From an uncultured bacterium (lineage in GTDB: Bacteria; Lernaellota; Lernaellaia; Lernaellales; Lernaellaceae): a stretch of 24,932 nt of DNA. The notes under the pieces were generated by a model. That model saw only the letters and a program-made list of their open reading frames with translations, was not told the origin of the DNA and ran no database searches. The stretch covers positions 1 through 24,932 of the forward strand of contig CAZHPN010000081.1 of assembly GCA_964534375.1 (NCBI GenBank), read 5' to 3'. The position numbers and the translations under genes were made by a program. Positions 17,252 to 24,932 of the stretch are shown here, piece after piece (position 1 is the first letter of the stretch; each line of letters opens with the position of its first letter).

Positions 17252-17945
17252 ATTCGCCATTCCCCATTCGCCATTCGAACGCCGCGACGGCGGCCGCGAT
17301 CTACGGCGCCCGCGCCGCCGGCCGCCCTGCCCATAAGCGCTGACTCCAGCGGCGCCAACTGTCGAAAAGGCGAAAATGCATCATTTTCCCGGACGCGCAG
17401 ACCTCTCCCCCGGCCACGCACCGCGTGGCCGCGCCCCTCCCCGGCACAGGGAGGGGCGAGCGGACGCCTTTGCGGACCCGGGTTGCAGAGAGGCGCTGCA
17501 CAGATCACAACTTCGCCTTCCGCCTTCTGAACTCCTTGTAGAAATCGCTTCTTGCGTCTGCGAAAGGGAATTCGAGGGTTATGCGAGATTATTTGCTGAC
17601 CCGACCCCGACGGCGGGTCGCCCCGTTGGCCCCTCTCCGCGTCGGGGAGGGGCGGAAAATTTCGGGAACCGAAATTTTCGGGGAGGGGTCGGCGCGACGA
17701 GTCGCGCATTGAACAGGCGCTTATGCAAGAGGCTCTAGAGACTGTCGACAAATTGCACCTCCGCCCGCCGACCACCGATAGCCGCGATGTCAGAGTTTTT
17801 GGGTAGCGCAAACCGGAAGGTAGAACGGCGAACGGCAAACGGAGAATTTCGGGCGGCGTCGGCAATTCGCCATTCCCCATTCGCCATTCGAACGCAGCGA
17901 CGGCGGCCGCGATCTACGGCGCCCGCGCCGCCGGCCGCCCTGCCC
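17252..17945. repeat. 81-bp direct repeat (17252-17332 and 17865-17945) flanking a 532-bp repeat-rich non-coding segment
   Basis: Copies are 80/81 identical. The second copy contains the stop codon and last 10 or so codons of the solute-binding gene. Confidence 0.92.
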
Positions 17946-19197
17946 CTGCCGCCGCGATGCGCGCGGCGGCCTGGCCGGCGGCCTGCCAGGGCGGCGCTTT
18001 GTCGCGGCAGACCGCGGCGACCATCTCCGTGATGACCGCGAGCGCGGCGGGCAGCGCCGGGTGCAGCGGCAGCCCGACGCCGTTCGTCAGCGCCAGCCGC
18101 AGCGCCGGGCCGTCCGGGTCGGTCGCGAACCACGAATCGCCCAGCAATTCGCGAAAAACCGGCGCGGAACCGCTTTCGTGCAGTTTGTCGCGCTGCAGCG
18201 CCGCCGACCACAACGCCGCCAGCAGGTCGAACGCGGCCGGCGCCGCCCCGCGAAAAACGACAAACGACCAGCCTTCGATCAACGTGACGCCGGGCTGCGC
18301 GCCGGGGCCCGGAATCGGCAGCGCCGCGACTTCCGCCGCCAGCGGCCCCGCCTGACGGATCGCCGCGCGCCTCGCCCACGTCGCCAACGCCATCGCGCAA
18401 CGGCCGTCGACGAGGCAGTCCGGCGCCTCGTCGGCGTCGCTGGGGGCGGCTTTCGCTCTCGTCGGGCGGTCGCGCGCCAGAACCAACTGCGACAACGCGC
18501 CGTCGGCCGCATCGATGTCGAATGTCAGCAGGCCGGTGGCGTCGACCAGGGCGCCGCCGCGCGAAAAATACCAGGGCAGAAACGCCGCCGCCGCCTCTCG
18601 GCCGTGCGTGGGGAAGGCAAAACCCCGCCGGCCGATGCCTCCGGCGTGCGCGAGAATTTCGAAGCGCGTCAGATTCCACCGCCGGCCGTCGGGGACGACG
18701 CCTTTCGCCGCGGCCGAATCGCGCCGCAGCCACAACAGCCACGGATCCGCCTCGTACGGCGCGGCGACGATCTTCCCCCGCGCGCCGACGGAATCCGCGA
18801 GCGCCGGCAGGCAATCCAGCCGGATGCGTGCGGCCAGCGCGTCCGGCAGCGGTCGGAGCGCTTCGTCGGCGGTTAGCGGCCCCAGCCATTCGTTCGGCAC
18901 CAGCGCGGCGGCCGCCCCGTCGCCGTGCAGCAGCGCCGCCCGCGCGGCCGGCGTCGGCGCTCCCAACTCGGCGGGCAAAATCTCGACGACGGCCGGCGTC
19001 GCGGCGTGCGCGGCGTTCCAGTCGGCCAGCGCCTTTTGCAACGCGGGCGAGCCGTCCGGCGCGTGCGACGGCGCAAAGGCGATCGTAAACGGGCGCGGCG
19101 GCGGCGGGCTCGGCTTGCGGCAACCGCCCACCGGCAATTGCGCGCAGGCCAGCAGCAACGCGGCCGCGACGGCGCGCCAGACGGCTGCGCGCCGGCT
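17914..19197 (-). CDS. ABC-transporter extracellular solute-binding lipoprotein (carbohydrate/family 1-like); start codon unresolved
   Basis: Lipoprotein-type signal SRRAAVWRAVAAALLLAC; EWLGPLTADEALRPL, GKIVAAPYEADPWLLWLRRD, PWYFSRGGALVD, DGRCAMAL and TLIEGWSFVV. Confidence 0.7.
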   Translation of the reverse strand, partial: SRRAAVWRAVAAALLLACAQLPVGGCRKPSPPPPRPFTIAFAPSHAPDGSPALQKALADWNAAHAATPAVVEILPAELGAPTPAARAALLHGDGAAAALVPNEWLGPLTADEALRPLPDALAARIRLDCLPALADSVGARGKIVAAPYEADPWLLWLRRDSAAAKGVVPDGRRWNLTRFEILAHAGGIGRRGFAFPTHGREAAAAFLPWYFSRGGALVDATGLLTFDIDAADGALSQLVLARDRPTRAKAAPSDADEAPDCLVDGRCAMALATWARRAAIRQAGPLAAEVAALPIPGPGAQPGVTLIEGWSFVVFRGAAPAAFDLLAALWSAALQRDKLHESGSAPVFRELLGDSWFATDPDGPALRLALTNGVGLPLHPALPAALAVITEMVAAVCRDKAPPWQAAGQAAARIAAAGAGRPAARAP

Positions 19198-19849
19198 ACT
19201 CCGGCGGCAGAATTTCGAGCAGGATTCGTTGCGGATTCTCGCACCCTTTGAGCGTGCCGACCGCGCCGCGCACCACGCCGGCGAGGAAATCGGCGGTGAA
19301 CGTGTTGAGCCCGATGCGGCGGCCGTCGACGAGCAGCCGCGCCGCCTGGCGTTCGCGGCCGGCCAGAAAACGCTGCTCGATGAAGTCCGCCAGCTTTTCC
19401 GGGGCCGCAAGATCGTACACCGGCGCCGTGGTCGTCACCGGCGCATCCGCCGCGACGGCCGCCAGCCGCGGATCGTCGCCGCACACGAGCGCGCCGCCCG
19501 CCGCCGCCCGCCAGACCTCGATTTTCGGGACCGCCGCCTGCTTCCAGCCTTCGACGAGCAACAGGTCGGCGTCGCCGGCGAGCGTCGCGGCGAATTCGTC
19601 GAGCGTCATGGCCTGCGCCAGCGGCCGCACCAAGGCGACCTGCGCCGGCGAAACGACCGCGGTCTGGCACGCCCCGGCCGCGGCGTGCCGCTGCGAATCC
19701 TTGCCCGGCTGATCGAACGCGAACGCGCCGTGCGTGTGTTTGACGGTCGCCACGCGATGGCCGCGGCGCGTCAACTCTTCGACCAGGCGGCAGAGCAACG
19801 TGGTCTTGCCGACGCCGGACGCGCCGACGACGGCGACAAGCGGAATCAT
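19196..19849 (-). CDS. mobB: Molybdopterin-guanine dinucleotide biosynthesis protein B with C-terminal extension
   Basis: GGAGG RBS then ATG 19849; GASGVGKTT Walker A, VATVKHTH, DQPGKDS and DLLLVEGWK. Confidence 0.92.
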   Translation of the reverse strand: MIPLVAVVGASGVGKTTLLCRLVEELTRRGHRVATVKHTHGAFAFDQPGKDSQRHAAAGACQTAVVSPAQVALVRPLAQAMTLDEFAATLAGDADLLLVEGWKQAAVPKIEVWRAAAGGALVCGDDPRLAAVAADAPVTTTAPVYDLAAPEKLADFIEQRFLAGRERQAARLLVDGRRIGLNTFTADFLAGVVRGAVGTLKGCENPQRILLEILPPE

Positions 19850-19957
19850 CGCGCCTCCCGCGCCGGCCCGCGGCGCAAAGCGAGCCAACAAGGCCGGCGA
19901 AAACGTGGTCTGGACATCATTGGCGCTCGCCGGCGGGAAATCAACCCGAAGGGTTTT

Positions 19958-20304
19958 TCACCGCAAAGACGCAAGGGCCGCAGAAAAAAAATAGGGTTTC
20001 ATGCTTCGCACTATGCACGGTCCGCTACTCGCTGCTGCGCAAAGATTTTCGCCACAGCCGCAGATAAAGATTTTCACTTAAACCGCGGCGGGCGCCGAGG
20101 ACGCCGAGGTTCGGATTTGTGTTGATTAACCAAACCTTTGCGGTCGGCGCGTGTCCTGAGCGGAGTCGTGCGGCGTCTTTGCGATCAAAAACAATAACAT
20201 CGTCATATCCTACCGACTTTTGCGACCTCTGCGACCTCTGCGCCCCCGGCGGTTTAAGTGCGGCCCATTCGGTTGCGGCTTTGCCGCGCTGTGTCTCTGT
20301 GGTT
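19958..20304. repeat. Intergenic REP-like repeat mosaic
   Basis: Perfect 12-bp inverted repeat CACTTAAACCGC (20075-20086) / GCGGTTTAAGTG (20249-20260), continued inward by 9-bp periodic units (CGCCGAGG / CCTCTGCG). AAAGATTTTC occurs at 20041 and 20066. The 38-bp dispersed element sits at 20267-20304. Confidence 0.8.
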
Positions 20305-20327
20305 TAAGTTAATCAGCTTTCGGGCCG

Positions 20328-21158
20328 CTATTTGCACCCCAACTGCATCATGTCTTTCCCGGAAATCAAGAATTGCTCAATCCACGAGCGAATCGGCGAC
20401 TTGGCGCGCTTGAGGAAGTCCGCGACATCGGCGTCCTGATCCGCCGCCTGCTGCATGCACGCGCTGTCGAGGTTGATGAGCCCGTCGGCGCCGCCCAGCC
20501 CCGGAATTTTCGTCGACAGCCGGTGCACGCCCGCGCCTTCCGCCCAATAATCGTTGGGGTCCGTCGTCGGCAGCAGGCCCGGAATGTCCGACCAGGCTTC
20601 GATGAACGTCATTTGCCCCTGGTCGTTGAACGTAAATTCTTCATAGATCGCGCAGGGCGTATCCTGATAATGAAACACGACGTGGCAGCGGCCGAACGGC
20701 TGCACGGGGAAGGCCTCGCAGTCGTGCTCGGGAATGGTCGTCGGATACAGCCGCAGCAGCAGATCGATGACGACCATCGCCCGATCGCCAAGGCCGGTGA
20801 GTTTGAGCCAGGGCGGCCATTCCCACCGCGCCACGAGTTCCGAGTAATTCGGGATGTTGCGCGGATCGGCGTCGGAATCGAGCGTGGCGAAGTATTTCAG
20901 GCTTTGCGCGACGTAATACGCCGGCGCCTGGCGCGGCGTCATGCCGGCGGAGGTCGCCGAGTCGCCCGGTTCGTCCCAACACGCCAGCGGGGACGCGTCG
21001 TCGTCATCGTCGGCCGTATTGTCGTTGTTCTCGTCGTCGTCCGGATTTTCACTAGCATCGTTGCCCGCATTGTGCGACGCAGCGCCGCCGCACGCCGCAG
21101 CGAACGACAGCAGACAAAACAGCAGGAGCGCCAACGGCTGCCGGGAATGGGGCATCAT
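20328..21158 (-). CDS. Uncharacterised lipoprotein with an Asp-rich linker
   Basis: GGAGGA RBS then ATG 21158; lipobox AAAC; DDDENNDNTADDDDD linker; globular region with VARWEWPPWLKLTG and IYEEFTFNDQGQMTFIEAWSD. Confidence 0.8.
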   Translation of the reverse strand: MMPHSRQPLALLLFCLLSFAAACGGAASHNAGNDASENPDDDENNDNTADDDDDASPLACWDEPGDSATSAGMTPRQAPAYYVAQSLKYFATLDSDADPRNIPNYSELVARWEWPPWLKLTGLGDRAMVVIDLLLRLYPTTIPEHDCEAFPVQPFGRCHVVFHYQDTPCAIYEEFTFNDQGQMTFIEAWSDIPGLLPTTDPNDYWAEGAGVHRLSTKIPGLGGADGLINLDSACMQQAADQDADVADFLKRAKSPIRSWIEQFLISGKDMMQLGCK

Positions 21159-21207
21159 CCGATCCTCCGCACAAGCGCCTTCATCGTTTCTCCGCGTGTC
21201 TGCCGGC

Positions 21208-22785
21208 TCACCTGTCCGGCGGGCCGCTGGGCACGCAGGCCAGCACATCGCCGACCATCTGGCACGTGCCGTTGATGATTTGCCCGCCCAGGCCGGTGAA
21301 TTCGCAGGCGGCGCCGATCGCCTTGCCCTCGCAGGCGGCGACGGCCTGCTGCGGGGGCGGCGAGACATCGTCGTCCGGCGGCGGCGTGTTGTCGTCGTCA
21401 TCCGGCGGCGGACCGCTGTCGTCGTCCGGCGGCGGCGTGGTGTCGTCATTGTCGTCATTGTCGTCGTCGTCATCGGCGGGCGCGGGCCCGGCGGCGCCGC
21501 CGCGCACGAGGCGCACGAAATTGTCGATGCGGACGACATCGCCTTGCGGACCGCGGCCGTAGACGGGCTTGCCGCTCGCGTTGACGCCGAGTTGGTAACT
21601 CGACAGCGATCCGCTTTTCGGGTCGCTGCGCTGGGCCCCGGCGCCATGCACGTCCAGCAGCGAATAGTACGTTTGCGAACCTGCTTGCATCCAACCCAGG
21701 GCGCGGCCGAAGGCGATATACACGCCGCTGAGGCTCGGCGAGCCGTCGTCGAGGGTGGTGCCGGTCCAGTAATAGGGATAGTCGGCCTCGCCGCCCTCGT
21801 TCGCGATTTGGGTGCAATGGAACGCCGGATCGATCGCCGCCGAGCCGGTGGCGTCGGGCGAGCGCGAGTAATCCACGATGCTCTGGAGCTCTTTCACGTT
21901 GGGCAGCCGCCAGTCGTTGCGCCCCAGATAATTCGCCGCGTTCTGGGTCTGCGCCCACGCCAGCGCGTCCTGCCAGTCCATGCCCACGGCGCTGTCGTTT
22001 TGGCTCCACATCAACCCGGTCGCGTTGTCGGCGATGACGCCGGCGCCGTTGTCCTGGAACCGGTTGACCCCGTAATTCGCATTGCCGCGCACGTAGCGGA
22101 CATAGTGCGTTTCGGGGACGCTGTTCGTGGGCGGTTGGTAGATCGGGTAGCCCTTGAGGTGGCCGTCGGCGAAATTGACGCCGAATTGCGTCGGCGCGTC
22201 GTTCATGGTCTTGCTGACATAGGCGGTCGACGACCAGTCCTGGCAGTCGATGACGCGTTCGCCTTCCGCCGTGCCGGTTCCGGGCCCGTAGGCGAATCCG
22301 AACACCGCGGCGTCGAGGAACGGCGTGTAGCCGGCCGTGCTCGTCATGCTCTGCCCCGCGGCGCCGCTGAACTCGATGAGCGAATAGAGTTCCTTGACCG
22401 TCGGCATGCGCCAGTCCGCGTGGCCGCCCACGTTGCAAGCGGCGGCGCCGGAAACGGCGTCGCTCAGCGTCACCTGCGAGCCGCGGGCTTTCACCCACAT
22501 GAGCCCCGTCCGCAAATCGGTGACCGTGCCGTCGCCGTTGTCGCGATACGAAGGCTGATTGCCCTCGATCTGCGCATCCTGCCCATAAAAAGGCATGCCC
22601 GACGCAGGGCAGGCGATGACGGCGCTCGCGTTGTAGCAAAGGCTCTGGTTCGAGTCGACGATCGGATAGTCGACCGCGACCGCCGGGCCGCCCTTCCCCG
22701 CGCTTCCCGCGTTGGAACAAGCGAAAACACCCCAGCAACAAAGACCGGCAAGAATGACGAGCGCCGCATAGAAGAACGTTTTCAC
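21208..22785 (-). CDS. DUF1566 (Lcl C-terminal domain) lipoprotein with two domains, an acidic linker and a 4-Cys tail
   Basis: GAGGA RBS, GTG start, lipobox VFAC; DNGDGTVTDLRTGLMW...DWRMPTVKELYSL and DNGAGVIADNATGLMW...DWRLPNVKELQSI. Confidence 0.88.
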   Translation of the reverse strand: MKTFFYAALVILAGLCCWGVFACSNAGSAGKGGPAVAVDYPIVDSNQSLCYNASAVIACPASGMPFYGQDAQIEGNQPSYRDNGDGTVTDLRTGLMWVKARGSQVTLSDAVSGAAACNVGGHADWRMPTVKELYSLIEFSGAAGQSMTSTAGYTPFLDAAVFGFAYGPGTGTAEGERVIDCQDWSSTAYVSKTMNDAPTQFGVNFADGHLKGYPIYQPPTNSVPETHYVRYVRGNANYGVNRFQDNGAGVIADNATGLMWSQNDSAVGMDWQDALAWAQTQNAANYLGRNDWRLPNVKELQSIVDYSRSPDATGSAAIDPAFHCTQIANEGGEADYPYYWTGTTLDDGSPSLSGVYIAFGRALGWMQAGSQTYYSLLDVHGAGAQRSDPKSGSLSSYQLGVNASGKPVYGRGPQGDVVRIDNFVRLVRGGAAGPAPADDDDDNDDNDDTTPPPDDDSGPPPDDDDNTPPPDDDVSPPPQQAVAACEGKAIGAACEFTGLGGQIINGTCQMVGDVLACVPSGPPDR

Positions 22786-23004
22786 CGTTGATTCCTCGCC
22801 TTCGCGTCAACCGCGTGTGATCCTCGTCGAAGGTATCTTTGCCGAGCAAATTCGTCAAACACGTCTCGCTGGCCAATCGTTTCAGATTCGAGCGGGTTCG
22901 CTGGCGCGATTCCCCGAATTCCCATGGCTTCCCTGCGCGTCCGGTTTTCGCGCCCGCGTTAATTTGCTACAACTCTCCGCGACAAATCTCCGAGGAGATC
23001 GACC

Positions 23005-24932
23005 GTGCGCAGGCGTTTGCTTTGTTTGACGCTGATCGTCGCCGCGTTTGGCGCGGGCGCGTGCAGTCCGGCGAAAAATCGCGCCGCGGCAAGCGCGCCG
23101 CCCGTAGCGGCGGGTTGGACGTGGAGCCTCGACGACCAGGGCGCGCTGAGTTTCACTAACAATGGCCGCGTTCTCTTCACGCTGGATTATGTGCACGCCA
23201 CCGGGTTCACGCCGGCGGTATGGAGCCTTTGGGGGTTCTTCCATTTCAGCGAATCGAATGTGCGCGACCGCGTCCTCAGCGTGTCGCCGACCCTTGACGC
23301 CGGCCGGTTCCTGCTGAGTTACGACGGCAACCAAGTCGGCGCGCTGACCGTCGCGGTGACGACGAACGGAAATCTCTGGGTCACGGCCTCGATCGTCCCG
23401 AGCCTCGCCGGACAAAGCATCAAGTTCCACTTCGCCCTCGGCGACAGCGATCGCTTCTGGGGTTTCGGCGAACAATACAACTTCATCGATCTGCGCGGCC
23501 GCTCGTTCCCGATCTGGACGCAGGAACAGGGCGTCGGCCGCGCCGCCCTGCCCGTCCTGCCGACGACCGGCACGCTGACCGACACGTATTACCCGCTGCC
23601 GTATTTCATGGACCCGCAACGCGGCGCCGGTTTCTTGCTCGAAAACAGCGAATACAGCATCTTCGACCTGGGCGTCAGCGATCCGGCGCACTGGTCGGTC
23701 GAGGTCTGGAACGGCGGCGGCGCCTCGTTTTTGCTCTTTCCCGGCCCGCGTCCGGCCGACATCGTCGCGCAACTGACCCGCGCGACCGGACGCCCGGCCG
23801 CGACGCCGCCGGATTGGGCGTTCGACGGCGTCTGGCTGGCCGCCCAAAACGGCGAGGACGCGGTGCGGCAGCGTCTGCAAACGGCGCTGGGCGCCGGCAT
23901 TCCGGTCACGGCGGTGTGGGTGCAGGATTGGGTCGGCGACCGCTCGATGGGGCCGTTCGGTTCGGGCGTCAAATATCACTGGACCGCCGACGAGACGCTC
24001 TACCCCAATTTATCCCAATTTATCGCGGAGCTGGCCGGCGAAGACATCCGCTTTTTGGGATATTTCAATCCGTTCATCGTGCCCGGGCTCGATCAATACG
24101 ACGAGGCCGTGCGGCAGGGCTATTTGATTCATCGCGCGAACGGCCAGCCGTACCTGCAGCTCATCAACACGTTTTCCGGCAGCCAGCTCGACGTGTTCAA
24201 CCCCGCGGCCGGCGCCTGGTTCCAGACCTACGCCCGCGCGGCGGCCGCGCTGGGCATGAAGGGCTGGATGGTCGATTTCGGCGAGTGGCTGCCGTTCGAC
24301 GCGGTCCTGGCGGTGGGCGATGCGCCCTCGGCGCACAACCTGTATCCGACGGCCTGGCACGAACTGAATCGCGCCGCGCTCGCCGCCGCGTATCCGGACG
24401 GCGATTACGTGATGTTCACGCGCTCCGGCTACACGGGCGAGGCCGGCGCCGCCCAAATCGTCTGGGCGGGCGACCAGACCGCCGACTGGGACCCGGGCGA
24501 CGGACTGCCGACGGTCGTCACGGCCGGCCTGACCGCCGGTTTGAGCGGCGTGCCGATTTTCACGCACGACATCGCCGGGTTCTCCGGCGGCCCGAGCACG
24601 CGCGAATTGTTCGAGCGCTGGGCGGAACTGGGCGCCCTGACGCCGGTGATGCGCACGCACGACGGCGCGCTCAAGAACGAGAACCATCACTTCGACAGCG
24701 ATCCGGAGACGTTGGCGCATTTCACGAAGATGTCGCAGTTGCACGCCTCGCTGGCGTCGTATTTCGAACAAGTCGCCGCCGAAACCGTCACGGACGGCCT
24801 GCCGATGGTTCGGCACACGGTGCTCGTGGACCCGGACTGGGACGCGGCCTACGAGGCGAATTGGCAATGGATGATCGGCAGCGACGTGCTCGTCGCGCCG
24901 GTCGTCACGGAAGGCGCCACGGCCGTGACCGT
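23005..24932 (+). CDS. GH31 glycoside hydrolase, YihQ/sulfoquinovosidase-like lipoprotein; partial, runs off the window end
   Basis: Not in the ORF track. GAGGAG RBS, GTG 23005; MRRRLLCLTLIVAAFGAGAC; WGFGEQY, WTQEQGVGR, WVQDW, GWMVDFGEWLP (nucleophile codon 24274), WAGDQ (acid/base codon 24472) and MRTHDG. Confidence 0.9.
   Translation, partial: MRRRLLCLTLIVAAFGAGACSPAKNRAAASAPPVAAGWTWSLDDQGALSFTNNGRVLFTLDYVHATGFTPAVWSLWGFFHFSESNVRDRVLSVSPTLDAGRFLLSYDGNQVGALTVAVTTNGNLWVTASIVPSLAGQSIKFHFALGDSDRFWGFGEQYNFIDLRGRSFPIWTQEQGVGRAALPVLPTTGTLTDTYYPLPYFMDPQRGAGFLLENSEYSIFDLGVSDPAHWSVEVWNGGGASFLLFPGPRPADIVAQLTRATGRPAATPPDWAFDGVWLAAQNGEDAVRQRLQTALGAGIPVTAVWVQDWVGDRSMGPFGSGVKYHWTADETLYPNLSQFIAELAGEDIRFLGYFNPFIVPGLDQYDEAVRQGYLIHRANGQPYLQLINTFSGSQLDVFNPAAGAWFQTYARAAAALGMKGWMVDFGEWLPFDAVLAVGDAPSAHNLYPTAWHELNRAALAAAYPDGDYVMFTRSGYTGEAGAAQIVWAGDQTADWDPGDGLPTVVTAGLTAGLSGVPIFTHDIAGFSGGPSTRELFERWAELGALTPVMRTHDGALKNENHHFDSDPETLAHFTKMSQLHASLASYFEQVAAETVTDGLPMVRHTVLVDPDWDAAYEANWQWMIGSDVLVAPVVTEGATAVT

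Noticed and set aside
17161..17880. 239-aa and 120-aa ORFs within the direct-repeat interval as cargo or an integrase
   Set aside because: They translate repeat sequence, with no recombinase motifs and no convincing RBS.

Overview
GC-rich Gram-negative bacterial chromosomal window, dominated by envelope and secreted proteins. Left to right: a partial FSR-type MFS transporter (-); a two-domain outer-membrane beta-barrel protein and a stand-alone paralogue of its second domain; an orphan NarL/FixJ response regulator; a CzcCBA-like heavy-metal RND operon whose adaptor is two complete membrane-fusion proteins in one chain; a signal-peptide-bearing M3 oligoendopeptidase; an IS1634-type transposase stub; a LolA-like protein; a second TolC; a duplicated Spy/CpxP-like protein; an ABC solute-binding lipoprotein with no usable start codon; mobB; an uncharacterised lipoprotein; a DUF1566 lipoprotein; and a partial GH31 YihQ-like lipoprotein. 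The strongest non-coding signal is a promoter cassette found three times (about 693, 2898 and 3737). Each copy has 3-4 boxes phased at 22-23 bp, ends in CCGACATAC and has a TAnnnT hexamer exactly 21 bp after CCGACA. This suggests that the barrel genes, the regulator and the tandem-adaptor pump form one regulon. Several intergenic gaps are filled with nested REP/MITE-like repeats, and an 81-bp direct repeat duplicates a gene 3' end. All family calls come from motif recognition by eye; no searches were run.
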